Assembly (NCBI GenBank): GCA_900617105.1
Contig: UYFQ01000001.1
Location: 1,984,001 to 2,048,000, forward strand
Length of the DNA stretch: 64,000 bases
Direction of reading: 5' to 3'
From: Hydrurus foetidus
Taxonomy: Eukaryota
Part shown: one piece after another, positions 30,007-40,913 of the stretch
Layout: each line of letters opens with the position of its first letter
How positions within the stretch are numbered: position 1 is the stretch's first letter
Translations under genes and position numbers: made by a program
Notes under the pieces: generated by a model
Database searches by the model: none
The model's input: the letters and a program-made list of their open reading frames with translations, nothing else
Told to the model about the DNA's origin: nothing

Positions 30007-30540
30007 TTAAACCAATGCGATCAAATCAGTCACGCCAACGTCAATACCCATTTGTGACAGCAGCGTTGTCACCTGCCCTCGGTGATGTGTTTGGTGGTTA
30101 AAAAAATGCGTCAACGCTTGCCATGCCGGATGCGCTCGCTCAACGCCTTTGGTATTGGCATAGCGCATAGTGCTAGCCAAAAATTCAAACGGCATGTCGT
30201 TCAACCACTGCTCAATGGCTGCGTCCAGCAGATCGCGGTTGTGCTTCAAGTTGGCCCACTCGGGATGCAAGTCACTTGTGTAGTCCGAACCAAGCGGCAC
30301 CGCCAGCAGCTCAGGCGGCAGAGCTGCAAATTCAACTCCCTGCTTTGTAAAACGCGCCATCCACATTTTGTCGGCCAGCACCAGGTGCGTCAGGGTGTGA
30401 TGAATAGACTTGAAGAACGCACCCTTATCGGCTTTACGCTCTTGGTCCGTCAGCGCCTCACAAGCGTCGAAAAGGCGCTGGTTTATCCAGCGGTTATAGC
30501 ACGCCAGCAGCCGATAACTGTCGATAAGTGAAGTGGTCAT
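30007..30540 (-). CDS. DinB/YfiT-family protein
   Basis: YNRWIN, FFKSIHHTLTH, HFFNHQTHHRGQ His triad; start re-called to 30540. Confidence 0.9.
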   Translation of the reverse strand: MTTSLIDSYRLLACYNRWINQRLFDACEALTDQERKADKGAFFKSIHHTLTHLVLADKMWMARFTKQGVEFAALPPELLAVPLGSDYTSDLHPEWANLKHNRDLLDAAIEQWLNDMPFEFLASTMRYANTKGVERAHPAWQALTHFFNHQTHHRGQVTTLLSQMGIDVGVTDLIALV

Positions 30541-30575
30541 GGTCTCAGGCTCCCGGCTGAAATCAACATCAAACT

Positions 30576-32021
30576 GTGTCGCATGGTGGTCTGGGCAACC
30601 AGCCCCGCACCGATACACTTCGAAGCATGAACGCAAAGCAATTTGGCGGCCCTCTGCCCTGCATACCCACCCAAAGCCTGCATTTAAAGTTCCTTACTTT
30701 AACAAGCATTGCCTACCTGCTTGGCAGTTTGTCGGCCAGTGCCCAGGTTGCCCCGAGCCAAACAGCGTCGCCAACAGCTCAGCCCTGCCCAGCTGAGGTG
30801 GCCGCAGGTAGCCAATGCAAAACGGGGCGCGACAGCGCTGGTGCCTACTACTGGCTGGTGATGCCACCGACCTGGAACGGCACGCTGGTCGTGCACGCGC
30901 ATGGCGGGCCCGAACTGGGCACACCCAAACGCGAACGCGCGGCTGAAGACGCCACTCGCTGGGCCATCTGGTCGCGCGCGGGCTATGCCTATGCCGGCTC
31001 AGGCTTTCGTCAGGGCGGTGTGGCCGTTCGAAGTGCGGCCGAAGACACTGATCGCGTTCGAGAGCTGTTTGTATCAAACTGGGGCCAGCCCAAAGTAACC
31101 GTGCTGCACGGGCAATCTTGGGGTGCAGGTGTGGCAGCCCGAGCCGCTGAAATTTTTGCAACTGCTAACAACGGCAAGTCCAACTACGACGCGGTGCTGC
31201 TGACGAGCGGCGTGCTGGGCGGCGGCTCGCAGTCGTATAACTTTCGGCTGGACTTGCGAGTGATCTACCAAGCAGTTTGCAACAACCACCCAAGGCTGGA
31301 CGAGCCCGCTTACCCGTTGTGGCAAGGCTTGCCACTTGATAGCGGCTTGACTCGCGCCGAGCTGGCCACACGAGTCGATGCCTGCACCGGCGTGCGCCAA
31401 AAACCTGCAGACCGCAGCTCTGCCCAACAGCGCAACCTGAAAACAATCGTTGATGTGATTCGTATCCCTGAAAGCGCCCTTATTGGCCATTTGAACTGGG
31501 CCACTTGGCATTTCCAGGACATCGTGTTCAACCGACTGAACGGTCGCAATCCGTTTGGTAATGCCAAAGTACGTTACAAAGGCTCATCAGACGACGAAGC
31601 ACTGAACGCAAAGGTAGCACGCTATACCGCTGACCAAACGGCATTAAACGATTTCAGTGCCGACACCGACCCGCAAGGTCGCATCAATGTGCCTGTGCTT
31701 ACCCTGCACGGCATCAACGACGCAGTAGCGTTTGTAGAACTTGAATCCACCTTTCGGGACACCATGGCCAATGGCGGCAGCTTGCAGCAACTGGTGCAAG
31801 TCTTTACCCGCGACGACAGCCACAGCTATACAAGCGACGCGCAATACGTGACCGCCATGCGCGCCCTGCTTGACTGGGTAGCCAGCGGCAACCAGCCCAC
31901 ACCAGCCAGTATTGCCAGCCAATGTACTGGTGTAGCGGCCAGTTTTGAGCCGCAGACTGGTTGCCGTTTTTTGCCAGACTTTCAACCGCAACCGCTGGCC
32001 AGTCGAGTACCTGTCCGTTGA
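30576..32021 (+). CDS. Exported alpha/beta-hydrolase-fold protein
   Basis: WNGTLVVHAHGGP, GQSWG nucleophile elbow, LHGIND, H in SHSY; signal-like segment ending ASA; start uncertain. Confidence 0.75.
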   Translation: MSHGGLGNQPRTDTLRSMNAKQFGGPLPCIPTQSLHLKFLTLTSIAYLLGSLSASAQVAPSQTASPTAQPCPAEVAAGSQCKTGRDSAGAYYWLVMPPTWNGTLVVHAHGGPELGTPKRERAAEDATRWAIWSRAGYAYAGSGFRQGGVAVRSAAEDTDRVRELFVSNWGQPKVTVLHGQSWGAGVAARAAEIFATANNGKSNYDAVLLTSGVLGGGSQSYNFRLDLRVIYQAVCNNHPRLDEPAYPLWQGLPLDSGLTRAELATRVDACTGVRQKPADRSSAQQRNLKTIVDVIRIPESALIGHLNWATWHFQDIVFNRLNGRNPFGNAKVRYKGSSDDEALNAKVARYTADQTALNDFSADTDPQGRINVPVLTLHGINDAVAFVELESTFRDTMANGGSLQQLVQVFTRDDSHSYTSDAQYVTAMRALLDWVASGNQPTPASIASQCTGVAASFEPQTGCRFLPDFQPQPLASRVPVR

Positions 32022-32074
32022 GCACGCTGCATGCATCAACCAACAGAAGATTCACTAGCCAACACAGTTTTAAT

Positions 32075-32122
32075 GCTATTTATTTTATAGCTGCTTGCGC
32101 CCGTATTTATTGGGTAAAAGTC
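32075..32122 (+). repeat. Family A repeat, copy 5
   Basis: GCTATTTATTTTATAGCTGCTTGCGCCCGTATTTATTGGG. Confidence 0.85.
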
Positions 32123-32153
32123 GAATTAGACCCTCAAAATAGAGCAAAACACG

Positions 32154-35100
32154 TCAAATTTTCCCAAACCCACCCCCACCCGGCGTGTGAATCTCAAACA
32201 CATCACCGGGCAGCATATCGGCCTGCCCGATGTGGCCTAGCGTTTCGACACGACCGCCTGCGCGCACCACCACGTTTTGCCCAACCTGCCCAGGCTGGCC
32301 GCCTGCCATGCCGAAGGCGCCGTATTTGCGGCCATTTGACAAAATGCTGGCGGTCATCGCTTCTAAAAACCGCACACGCCGCACGCCGCCATTGCCGCCA
32401 TGCCACTTGCCTGCACCACCTGAATTCGCGCGAATCTCGTAGCTTTCTAACCGCACCGGAAAGCGAAACTCCAAAATCTCAGGGTCGGTCAAGCGTGAAT
32501 TGGTCATGTGCGCTTGCACGACGGACGTGCCGTTGAAGCCGCCGACGAGTTTGCCTTCGGCATCCGTCACGCCGCCTGCGCCGCTGCCGCCTGAAATGGT
32601 TTCGTAGTACTGATACTTTTCATTGCCAAAGGTAAAGTTGTTCATCGTGCATTGCCCTGCCGCCATCACGCCCAGCGCACCATACAGCGCGTTGGTGATG
32701 CAGGTCGAGGTTTCAACGTTGCCTGCCACCACCGATGCAGGCGGGTTGGGGTTGAGCATGCTGCCGGGCGGGATGATGACTTTGAGCGGTTTCAGGCAAC
32801 CAGCGTTGAGCGGAATGTCGTCATCCACCAGCGTTCTGAAAACATACAACACCGCAGCCATGCACACCGCTGTGGGCGCGTTGAAGTTGTTGGTTTGCTG
32901 AGGGGATGTACCGGTAAAGTCAATCTCTGCGCTGCGGTTTTTTGTGTCGACGCGGATGGCGACTTTTATTTGCGCACCGTTGTCTAGTGGCAGCGTGAAG
33001 TCTCCGTTTTTTAACTTGGTGATGACCCTGCGCACTGATTCTTCAGCGTTGTCTTGCACGTGGTTCATGTAGGCGAGCACGGTGGGCAGGCTGAATTGCT
33101 CAACCATCTTGCGCAGCTCTTGCACGCCTTTCTCGTTCGCTGCTATTTGCGCCTTCAGGTCGGCCATATTTTGCTGCGGATTTCTTGACGGGTATTTGCC
33201 GCTCTTGAGCAACGCGACCATTTCATTCTCACGCAGCACACCGCGCTCAACCAGCAGCACGTTGTTGATCTGCACGCCCTCTTCTTCAATGCGGGTTGAA
33301 AACGGCGGCATCGAGCCAGGTGTGGTGCCGCCGATGTCGGCGTGGTGACCACGGCTGCCCACGTAGAAAATAGGGCGCGGGGAGCCCTCACCCCCGCCCT
33401 CTCCCGTGCTCGGGAGAGGGAGTGATTCGGACGCATTCTTACCCCCTCTCCCGCACGCTAAGCCGAAGGCCTTGCCTTCAGGTGCGGGAGAGGGTTGGGG
33501 TGAGGGATGGTTAGTTAAATAAACAGGCGTGATGACGGTAATGTCCGGCAAGTGCGTACCGCCGTGGTACGGGTCGTTCAGCACATACACATTGCCGGGT
33601 TCCATCTTGCCTGCGTTCTCACGAATCACGGTTTTGATGCTCTCGCCCATTGATCCGAGATGCACCGGCATATGCGGCGCGTTGGCAATCAGGTTGCCTG
33701 CGGTGTCAAACAGCGCGCAGCTGAAGTCCAGCCGCTCTTTGATGTTGACCGAGTACGCCGTGTTTTGCAGTTGCAAGCCCATCTGCTCGGCAATGTTCAT
33801 GAACAGGTTGTTGAAGACTTCCAGTAGCACCGGGTCAACCGTTGTACCCGCTGCAAATTCAATAGCGCGCTCCGATCGTCTGTCAAGCACCAGGTGGTCA
33901 AGCGCCGTCAATATCGCTTCCCAACCAGGCTCAACCACGGTGGTGGCGTTCTTCTCGGCAATGATGGCCGGGCCACGGATGATGTCGCCGGGTTGCAGGT
34001 CTTCACGCACCACCAGCGCAGCATCGTGCCACTGCCCGCCCGAGTACATGCGCACCGTCTCGCGGCGTGGCACCTCACGCGGCTCGTGTATTGCATGGCG
34101 CGGCTCGGCGGGGGCGTCGCCTGCAATCACTGACTCCACCGACACGGCTTCAACCACCAGGCCCTTGCCTTGCATCAAGAATGCAAAGCGCTGACGGTAC
34201 GCGGATTCAAAGCCTGATTCGATAGCGGCCAGCGCTTGCCCCCACCCTAGCCCTCCGCCGGAAGGGGAGGGAATGGGGAAAGGCACGATAAGCGCTGCAT
34301 CGCTGCCCTCATAGCGCACATGCACCCGGTAGTGGGTGGTGATGTTGCCCGTGTTGACTTGCTGTCGTTGCAATTCAGCCTCTGCCGTGGCCGCCAAGCC
34401 GTTGAGTGCTTGTGCAATTTCAGGCAAAGCGTTGGTCGTCAGCTTCAATTCAATGGCTTGTTCTTTGATGACGTTCTGATCCGCCAGGCCCATGCCGTAA
34501 GCGCTTAAAACGCCTGCCATCGGGTGAACAAACACCCGCGTCATACCCAATGCATCGGCTACCAGGCAAGCATGCTGGCCGCCCGCACCGCCAAAGCATT
34601 GCAGCGTGTAGCGCGTCACATCGTAGCCGCGTGCGACAGATATTTTTTTAATGGCATTGGCCATCTGCTGCACGGCGATGTTGATAAAACCCTCCGCAAC
34701 AACTTCTGCGCTGCGGCCAGTCTGCCCAGCAAGGTCGTTGAACTGAGCCGCAGCGGCTTCATAACTCAGCGGCTCATCGGCATTGGGCCCAAACACTTTG
34801 GGAAAGTAGCGCGGCTGCACTTTACCCACCATCACGTTCGCATCTGTTACGGCGAGTCTGCCGCCGCGCCGGTAGCTGGCCGGGCCTGGGTTGGCACCTG
34901 CGCTTTGCGGGCCCACGCGAAAGCGCTCGCCGTCGAACTTCAAAATTGATCCGCCACCCGCCGCCACAGTGTGGATGCTCATCATGGGCGCACGCATGCG
35001 CACGCCAGCGACTTGGGTTTCAAACTCTCGTTCAAACTCACCTGCATGGTGCGACACATCGGTCGACGTGCCGCCCATGTCAAAGCCAATCACCTTGGCG

Positions 35101-35936
35101 TGACCTGCGATGGCAGCCGTGCGCGCCATGCCCACAATACCGCCAGCCGGTCCGCTCAAAATCGCGTCTTTGCCCTGAAACACATGCGCATCAGTCAAGC
35201 CGCCAGAGGACTGCATAAAGAACAACTTCACGCCCGGCATTTCACCGGCCACCTGGTTCACGTAGCGGCGCAAAATGGGTGACAGATACGCATCGACCAC
35301 AGTGGTGTCACCCCGGCTGACAAACTTCATCATCGGGCTGGTTTCATGCGAGGTGCTGATTTGCGTGAAGCCGATCTCAAGCGCAATGCGTTTGGCAGTT
35401 TTTTCATGTTCGGTATAGCGGTAGCCATGCATAAACACAATCGCCAGGCTGCGTAGCCCATTCGAATATTGCGCAAGCAGCTCTGCTTTAAATAGCATTT
35501 CGTCCAACACTTGCAATACCTCACCCTGCGCCCCCACGCGCTCGTGGGCTTCAATCACGGCGTTGTACAGCAGCTCGGGCAGCACCACGTTGCGGTCAAA
35601 CAGGCGCGGGCGATTTTGGTAAGCAATGCGCAATGCGTCTCTGAAGCCCTTGGTGGTCACCAGCAATGTCGGCTCGCCCTTTCGCTCCAGCAGCGCATTG
35701 GTAGCAACGGTTGTGCCCATCTTCACGCAGTCGACCACATCAGCGCTTATGGCTTCACCCGCCTTCAAACCCAGCAGGTGGCGAATGCCTGCAACAGCAG
35801 CGTCGCGGTACTGCTCGGGGTTCTCGCTCAGCAGCTTGTGCGTGACCAGCGAGCCATCAGGCTTTTTGCCAACGACGTCTGTGAATGTGCCGCCCCGGTC
35901 AATCCAGAATTGCCATCGTTTGTCGTTGTTGTTCAT
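32154..35936 (-). CDS. 5-oxoprolinase (fused hydantoinase A/B type)
   Basis: [45 protein letters not shown]. Confidence 0.93.
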   Translation of the reverse strand: MNNNDKRWQFWIDRGGTFTDVVGKKPDGSLVTHKLLSENPEQYRDAAVAGIRHLLGLKAGEAISADVVDCVKMGTTVATNALLERKGEPTLLVTTKGFRDALRIAYQNRPRLFDRNVVLPELLYNAVIEAHERVGAQGEVLQVLDEMLFKAELLAQYSNGLRSLAIVFMHGYRYTEHEKTAKRIALEIGFTQISTSHETSPMMKFVSRGDTTVVDAYLSPILRRYVNQVAGEMPGVKLFFMQSSGGLTDAHVFQGKDAILSGPAGGIVGMARTAAIAGHAKVIGFDMGGTSTDVSHHAGEFEREFETQVAGVRMRAPMMSIHTVAAGGGSILKFDGERFRVGPQSAGANPGPASYRRGGRLAVTDANVMVGKVQPRYFPKVFGPNADEPLSYEAAAAQFNDLAGQTGRSAEVVAEGFINIAVQQMANAIKKISVARGYDVTRYTLQCFGGAGGQHACLVADALGMTRVFVHPMAGVLSAYGMGLADQNVIKEQAIELKLTTNALPEIAQALNGLAATAEAELQRQQVNTGNITTHYRVHVRYEGSDAALIVPFPIPSPSGGGLGWGQALAAIESGFESAYRQRFAFLMQGKGLVVEAVSVESVIAGDAPAEPRHAIHEPREVPRRETVRMYSGGQWHDAALVVREDLQPGDIIRGPAIIAEKNATTVVEPGWEAILTALDHLVLDRRSERAIEFAAGTTVDPVLLEVFNNLFMNIAEQMGLQLQNTAYSVNIKERLDFSCALFDTAGNLIANAPHMPVHLGSMGESIKTVIRENAGKMEPGNVYVLNDPYHGGTHLPDITVITPVYLTNHPSPQPSPAPEGKAFGLACGRGGKNASESLPLPSTGEGGGEGSPRPIFYVGSRGHHADIGGTTPGSMPPFSTRIEEEGVQINNVLLVERGVLRENEMVALLKSGKYPSRNPQQNMADLKAQIAANEKGVQELRKMVEQFSLPTVLAYMNHVQDNAEESVRRVITKLKNGDFTLPLDNGAQIKVAIRVDTKNRSAEIDFTGTSPQQTNNFNAPTAVCMAAVLYVFRTLVDDDIPLNAGCLKPLKVIIPPGSMLNPNPPASVVAGNVETSTCITNALYGALGVMAAGQCTMNNFTFGNEKYQYYETISGGSGAGGVTDAEGKLVGGFNGTSVVQAHMTNSRLTDPEILEFRFPVRLESYEIRANSGGAGKWHGGNGGVRRVRFLEAMTASILSNGRKYGAFGMAGGQPGQVGQNVVVRAGGRVETLGHIGQADMLPGDVFEIHTPGGGGFGKI
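33385..33506. repeat. Inverted pair of BoxC-like palindromes (family B), in frame within the oxoprolinase gene
   Basis: CCCTCACCCCCG-CCCTCTCCCG-tgct-CGGGAGAGGG and an opposite-orientation CCCTCTCCCGCAC...GTGCGGGAGAGGGTTGGGGTGAGGG. Confidence 0.85.
34239..34272. repeat. Single BoxC-like palindrome (family B), in frame within the oxoprolinase gene
   Basis: CCCCCACCCTAGCCCTCCGCCGGAAGGGGAGGGA; encodes [11 protein letters not shown] on the minus strand. Confidence 0.7.
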
Positions 35937-35971
35937 AGAGTCTGCGCTTTGAATGAATGCAAGAATGACAT

Positions 35972-36550
35972 CTATAAGCTGGCAGCAGAGCGTGCAGCCT
36001 GGTCGTAGATGCCCGACAGCAGTCGCAGCAGCCGAGCCAGCTCACCGATGTCCCGGTTCAGACCATCATCCGCGTTTAGCGCGTTGATCAGACACGACTC
36101 CCGGATTTCGCGGTAGCGGAGCACGTAGTCCCGCCCGCTTTCGGTCGATGCATAGGTCACGTCCTTTCCACTTTTGCTGGACGCTACCACCCCCAGGTTC
36201 TGCAGCTTTTTAAGCGAATAGTTAATCAGATGCGTGTCTTCGATGTTCATGATGAAGCAGATATCAGCCAGGCGCTTGTTGCGGGCGCGATGCGTGACGT
36301 GATGCAGAACCAAAACATCAAGCGGCATCAGGTCTTTGAGCCCTGCTGCACTCATGCAATGCACCACCCAGCGGTGAAATGCGTTGCCCGCCACAATCAA
36401 CCCGAACTCAAACTCGCTCATTTCCGCGCTTTTGGGTGACACCAAGTGAGCTGACGACACTATCGACATAGGCAATCGCAAACCGTCGGCGGCAGATGTG
36501 CTGGTGTTGTCTGCATCAGCAGACGCAGTGGCAGTTTTTTGTTTGCTCAT
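35972..36550 (-). CDS. MarR-like winged-helix regulator
   Basis: [23 protein letters not shown] wHTH; co-oriented with the oxoprolinase gene and divergent from the TRAP operon. Confidence 0.85.
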   Translation of the reverse strand: MSKQKTATASADADNTSTSAADGLRLPMSIVSSAHLVSPKSAEMSEFEFGLIVAGNAFHRWVVHCMSAAGLKDLMPLDVLVLHHVTHRARNKRLADICFIMNIEDTHLINYSLKKLQNLGVVASSKSGKDVTYASTESGRDYVLRYREIRESCLINALNADDGLNRDIGELARLLRLLSGIYDQAARSAASL

Positions 36551-36602
36551 GAGCAGCTTTCAGATTGGCATCGTTGTTGCATGGTCGGATTATAGGTATT
36601 TC

Positions 36603-36630
36603 GTCAATAATTTATCAACGATTTGTTGAC
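36603..36630. promoter_or_regulatory. Candidate operator palindrome
   Basis: GTCAATAAT...ATTTGTTGAC with nested TCAAC-N5-GTTGA in the divergent promoter region. Confidence 0.45.
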
Positions 36631-36724
36631 ATTTAGGGAAAACACTGAAGCGCTCGCGTGGAATGCGCCTTACATTCAATTCACCGTATTTTTCAACTTT
36701 TTTCACTTACACCATCGGAGCTTT

Positions 36725-37708
36725 ATGAAACGACGCCTCTTCACATTGACTGCCACCGCCGCTGCTCTGGGTTTGGCGCTGACCACTTCGCTAGCGACGG
36801 CACAAACCAAATGGGACTTGCCTTCAGCTTACCCCGCCACCAACTTTCACACTGAAAACCTGGTTCAGTTTGCCAATGATGTCGACAAGGCCACCGCTGG
36901 CAAATTGAAAATCACAGTACACCCCGGCGCATCGCTTTTCAAAGCGCCCGAGATCAAACGTGCGGTACAAGCCAACCAAGCGCAAGCGGGTGAAATTTTG
37001 CTGGCCAACTTCCAAAACGAGTGGCAAATTTTTGGTGCCGATGGCCTGCCGTTTTTGGCGGACAGCTACGACGAAGCCGCCAAGCTGTGGAAATTTCAAA
37101 AGCCCCTGCTAGATAAAAAGCTCGGCGAGCAAGGCATGTCAGTTCTGTACGCCGTGCCATGGCCACCACAGGGCCTGTATTCTAAAAAGCCGATTGCGAC
37201 TGGCGCTGATTTGAAGGGCTACAAGTGGCGTGCTTACAGCCCCGCCACATCACGTATGGCTGAATTGCTAGGCGCGCAGCCGGTTACCGTGCAAGCCGCG
37301 GAAGTAAGCCAGGCGTTTGCCACCGGCGTGACCGACAGCATGATGAGCTCAGGCTCTACCGGCTGGGACGCCAAGCTGCACGAGAACGTCAAGCAGTGGT
37401 ATGACCTGCAAGCCTCGCTGCCCAAAAATGCGGTGATTGTGAATAAGTCCGCCTTCGACGCGCTCGACGCGCCAAGCAAGGCCGCCGTGATGAAGGCGGC
37501 AGCAGATGCTGAAGTGCGCGGTTTTGCTGCTAGTAAAAAAGCCAACGGCGAAACGCTGGACAAGCTTAAAACCGCAGGCATGCAAATTTTGCCGCCTAGC
37601 CCTGCGCTGAAGGCCGACATGAAGAAAGTCGGCGACGCGATGCTGAAAGAATGGCTGGAAAAAGCCGGCCCTGAAGGCAAGCAACTGGTTGATGCTTTCT
37701 TGAAATGA
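36725..37708 (+). CDS. dctP: TRAP solute-binding protein, likely pyroglutamate-binding
   Basis: Signal peptide, then QTKWDLPSAYP..N.H.ENL...APEIKRAVQ...WPPQG...KWRAYSP; resembles Bordetella DctP6 from memory; adjacent to oxoprolinase. Confidence 0.9.
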   Translation: MKRRLFTLTATAAALGLALTTSLATAQTKWDLPSAYPATNFHTENLVQFANDVDKATAGKLKITVHPGASLFKAPEIKRAVQANQAQAGEILLANFQNEWQIFGADGLPFLADSYDEAAKLWKFQKPLLDKKLGEQGMSVLYAVPWPPQGLYSKKPIATGADLKGYKWRAYSPATSRMAELLGAQPVTVQAAEVSQAFATGVTDSMMSSGSTGWDAKLHENVKQWYDLQASLPKNAVIVNKSAFDALDAPSKAAVMKAAADAEVRGFAASKKANGETLDKLKTAGMQILPPSPALKADMKKVGDAMLKEWLEKAGPEGKQLVDAFLK

Positions 37709-37721
37709 TTGGGACATTCTT

Positions 37722-37864
37722 GGGCACTTCGAGAAATTCAGATTTCCGGGATGAAGTGCTAGGCGAACGGAGCGCAGCACACCGGAATGCACTTGTGTGC
37801 ATGAGGATTGCGAGCACCGCCCAACGACGCAATTCGCCCGGAAAATGAATTTATGGAAGTGCCC
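37722..37864. mobile_element. 143-bp MITE-like element (family D, RPE1-like)
   Basis: ~28-bp imperfect terminal inverted repeats GGGCACTTCGAGAAATTCAGATTTCCGGG / CCCGGAAAATGAATTTATGGAAGTGCCC; no transposase. Confidence 0.8.
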
Positions 37865-37865
37865 T

Positions 37866-38375
37866 ATGCGCAAATTTCTGAATGCAATGTATGACGGAGC
37901 GGCCGCTTTGGCTGCACTTTTCATGGTGCTGCTACTCATCATGGTCTTGCTCTCAGTCGTTGGGCGTGAGCTGGGTTTTTACATACGCGGCACAGACGCT
38001 TATGCGGGCTACTTCATGGCGGCGGCAGGCTTTCTCGCGCTGGCACACACACTTAAAAAGGGTGAACACATCCGTGTGACGCTGCTGATCAATGCCGTCA
38101 AAGGGCCGTACAAAAAGGCCATTGAAATTTGGGCGCTGGTAGCTGCCGTAGCGCTCAGTGCGCTGTTTGCTTACTACAGCGTCAAGCTGTCGGTTAATTC
38201 TTTCCAGTTCAATGACGTGTCAACCGGCAACGATGCCACGCCGCTGTGGATTCCGCAAATATCTATGGGCCTGGGTGCCGTGGTGCTGTTGATTGCGTTT
38301 ATTGATGAGTTGGTGCTGGAGATTTTGGGCAAGCGCACCGAAGTCGTCAGCGACGAAATGCTTCACAACGAATAA
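37866..38375 (+). CDS. dctQ: TRAP small permease
   Basis: 4 TM segments, GEHIRV motif; start re-called to ATG 37866. Confidence 0.9.
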   Translation: MRKFLNAMYDGAAALAALFMVLLLIMVLLSVVGRELGFYIRGTDAYAGYFMAAAGFLALAHTLKKGEHIRVTLLINAVKGPYKKAIEIWALVAAVALSALFAYYSVKLSVNSFQFNDVSTGNDATPLWIPQISMGLGAVVLLIAFIDELVLEILGKRTEVVSDEMLHNE

Positions 38376-38402
38376 AAACTAAAAAAGCCGGACCCCAGAA
38401 AA

Positions 38403-39698
38403 ATGTCTGACCTTCTCATCACGTCCATCCTGATTTTTTCTCTCTTTGCAATTCTTGCCTCGGGGGTGTGGATTGGCCTCACGCTGTCGGGTGTGGCATG
38501 GATTGCAATGCAGCTTTTCTCGTCACGCGCGGCGGGCGATGCGATGGCTGTGACGACCTGGGGCTCATCATCGAGCTGGACGCTCACTGCCCTGCCGCTG
38601 TTTGTGTGGATGGGCGAGATATTGTTTCGAACCAAGCTGAGCGAAAGCATGTTCAAAGGCCTTGCGCCTTGGGTTAGCCGCTTGCCAGGCGGGTTGCTGC
38701 ACACCAATGTGATTGGCTGCACTATTTTTGCAGCGGTGTCTGGCTCGTCGGCCGCCACCTGCGCCACCATCGGCAAAATGACGCTGCCCGAGCTGAAGCG
38801 GCGCGGCTATCCCGAAGACATCACGATTGGCTCGCTGGCCGGCGCGGGCACGCTGGGGCTGCTCATTCCGCCGTCCATCATCATGATCGTGTACGGCGTT
38901 ACCGCCGACGTGTCGATTGCCAAGCTGTTTATAGCGGGCGTGTTCCCCGGCCTGTTGTTGGCATCGCTTTTTTCGGGCTACCTGGTGGTGTGGGCGCTGA
39001 TGAACCCCGGCAAAATACCGCCGCCCGATGCCGCGATGAGCTTTGGCGCCAAGGTCTACGAGTCGAGGCATTTGATACCCGTTGTGCTGCTGATTGGTGC
39101 GGTGCTCGGATCGATTTACGTCGGCATCGCCACCGCAACTGAGGCGGCGGCGATTGGTGTGGTCGGCTCGCTGGTGTTGTCAGTCGCGCAGCGCTCAATG
39201 AGCTGGACGGTGTTTAAAGAATCGCTGTTGGGCGCAACGCGGCTGTACTGCATGATCGCCTTGATATTGGCGGGCGCTGCATTTTTAACGCTGAGCATGG
39301 GCTACATCGGCCTGCCGCGTCACCTGGCAGAGTTCGTGTCCAGCATGGGCTTGACGCCTTTCATGTTGATACTAGCGTTGACGCTTTTTTATGTGCTGCT
39401 GGGCTGCTTTTTAGACGGCATCAGCATGGTGGTGCTGACCATGGGCGTGATTTTACCGATGGTGCAAGCGGCCAAGCTTGACTTAATCTGGTTCGGTATT
39501 TTTATCGTCATCGTGGTCGAGATGGCTCAAATCACGCCACCCGTCGGCTTTAATTTGTTTGTGCTGCAAGGCATGACGAAAAAAGAAATCACCTACATCG
39601 CCAAAGTCACGCTGCCGTTTTTTTTGCTGATGTGCGTGATGGTGTTGCTGCTCTGGTTTTTTCCGCAGATTGCAACCTGGCTGCCAAGCAAGATGTAA
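38403..39698 (+). CDS. dctM: TRAP large permease
   Basis: ALPLFVWMG, SGSSAAT, LIPPS, ITPPVGFNL. Confidence 0.95.
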   Translation: MSDLLITSILIFSLFAILASGVWIGLTLSGVAWIAMQLFSSRAAGDAMAVTTWGSSSSWTLTALPLFVWMGEILFRTKLSESMFKGLAPWVSRLPGGLLHTNVIGCTIFAAVSGSSAATCATIGKMTLPELKRRGYPEDITIGSLAGAGTLGLLIPPSIIMIVYGVTADVSIAKLFIAGVFPGLLLASLFSGYLVVWALMNPGKIPPPDAAMSFGAKVYESRHLIPVVLLIGAVLGSIYVGIATATEAAAIGVVGSLVLSVAQRSMSWTVFKESLLGATRLYCMIALILAGAAFLTLSMGYIGLPRHLAEFVSSMGLTPFMLILALTLFYVLLGCFLDGISMVVLTMGVILPMVQAAKLDLIWFGIFIVIVVEMAQITPPVGFNLFVLQGMTKKEITYIAKVTLPFFLLMCVMVLLLWFFPQIATWLPSKM

Positions 39699-39701
39699 GA
39701 G

Positions 39702-40490
39702 TTAATTGGCTGGTGCGGCTAAGGGCCGCCACGGTCGAGTTAAGCGCTCATCGTCAGTCAGCGCCCTAGTCTTCATGCCGGTTGCCGCTTCAATGGCCAC
39801 CCGGTAAGGCGGCATGTTTGTGCATTCAAGCACCACGCAGGTCAACGATGGCTCACGCTGCTTGAGGGCAACGGCAGCAGCCACCACATCGGATGCTGCC
39901 TTGCTTGCATCCATGGTTGCGCGGTTGCCCAAAATCGCGCTGGCAAATTCACTTTTTGCGTCCACGCCCTGCACCACCACATTACCCAAGCGCTCTCGCG
40001 GCACACCCGCCGCGCGCAAGTGCTCAGCGCCCAGCGCACTTGCACTGATCGTCAGCACACCAACTTTGGGGTGCAAACTGAGCAAAGCTGGTAACTGCAG
40101 CAAGCTCGACGTGACCACCGGCACCTTAACGGCGGCTTGCAACTCCTTTTGCAGCAACACCAAAAAACCGCAGCTGGTGGTGATGGCTTTGGCGCCGTCT
40201 TGCTCCAGCCTGCGCACCAGTTGCACGATCGGCGTGACGACCCGGCCCGCTCGCAGGCCAGCAGCAGACTGCACCACTTTTTCTGGCCACGCCCCTTTAA
40301 CAATGCAGCGCTGGGTAGGCACACCAAACGCGTCAACATGGCCCACATCCCCCGGCAAGCGCGGAAAGCGTGTGTCAAGCATCACCACACCCAAAAACCC
40401 GTTCGGAAACAGCACCGCCGGGCTGGCCGCAGCGTTTGGTGCGGCTGGCGTAAACGATTCGGGTTCGGCCAAGGGTACGGTTACAGTCAT
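39702..40490 (-). CDS. Asp/Glu/hydantoin racemase-family protein
   Basis: Two catalytic-type Cys (TTSCGF, LECTNMPP); DTRFPRLPGD. Confidence 0.85.
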   Translation of the reverse strand: MTVTVPLAEPESFTPAAPNAAASPAVLFPNGFLGVVMLDTRFPRLPGDVGHVDAFGVPTQRCIVKGAWPEKVVQSAAGLRAGRVVTPIVQLVRRLEQDGAKAITTSCGFLVLLQKELQAAVKVPVVTSSLLQLPALLSLHPKVGVLTISASALGAEHLRAAGVPRERLGNVVVQGVDAKSEFASAILGNRATMDASKAASDVVAAAVALKQREPSLTCVVLECTNMPPYRVAIEAATGMKTRALTDDERLTRPWRPLAAPAN

Positions 40491-40523
40491 AGGAAGATTG
40501 TCCCCACTTTTTAAGTCACCAAC

Positions 40524-40913
40524 ATGTTGCCAGTCATTGCTATTTGCGTTGGAGCGTCAGTCGGCGCGCTGTGCCGATGGGGCTTGGGTCTGTGGCTCAC
40601 GCCCGGCGGCGTGATTCCGTGGGGCACCCTGGCGGCCAACCTGATTGGTGGGTATTTGATTGGCGTGTGTATTGCTGCTTTTCAGGCCATGCCGCAGTTA
40701 GACCCGGTATGGCGGCTGCTGTTGATTACCGGCTTTTTAGGCGGGCTGACAACCTTCTCATCTTTCTCAGCCGAAGTGGTTGGTTTTTTAATGGCTGAGC
40801 GTTACGCCGCAGCCGTCGGCACGGCCACGGCGCACGTGGCAGGCTCGTTGTTGATGACAGTTTTAGGCATCAAAAGCGCTACTCTTTTTATAGCTGCTAG
40901 CGCCCATATTTAA
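40524..40913 (+). CDS. crcB: Fluoride efflux channel Fluc
   Basis: [29 protein letters not shown]. Confidence 0.96.
   Translation: MLPVIAICVGASVGALCRWGLGLWLTPGGVIPWGTLAANLIGGYLIGVCIAAFQAMPQLDPVWRLLLITGFLGGLTTFSSFSAEVVGFLMAERYAAAVGTATAHVAGSLLMTVLGIKSATLFIAASAHI

Noticed and set aside
31961..32536. 191-aa ORF containing IAACARIYW
   Set aside because: Overlaps the hydrolase end and is antisense to oxoprolinase; treated as spurious and not counted as a coding copy of the repeat.
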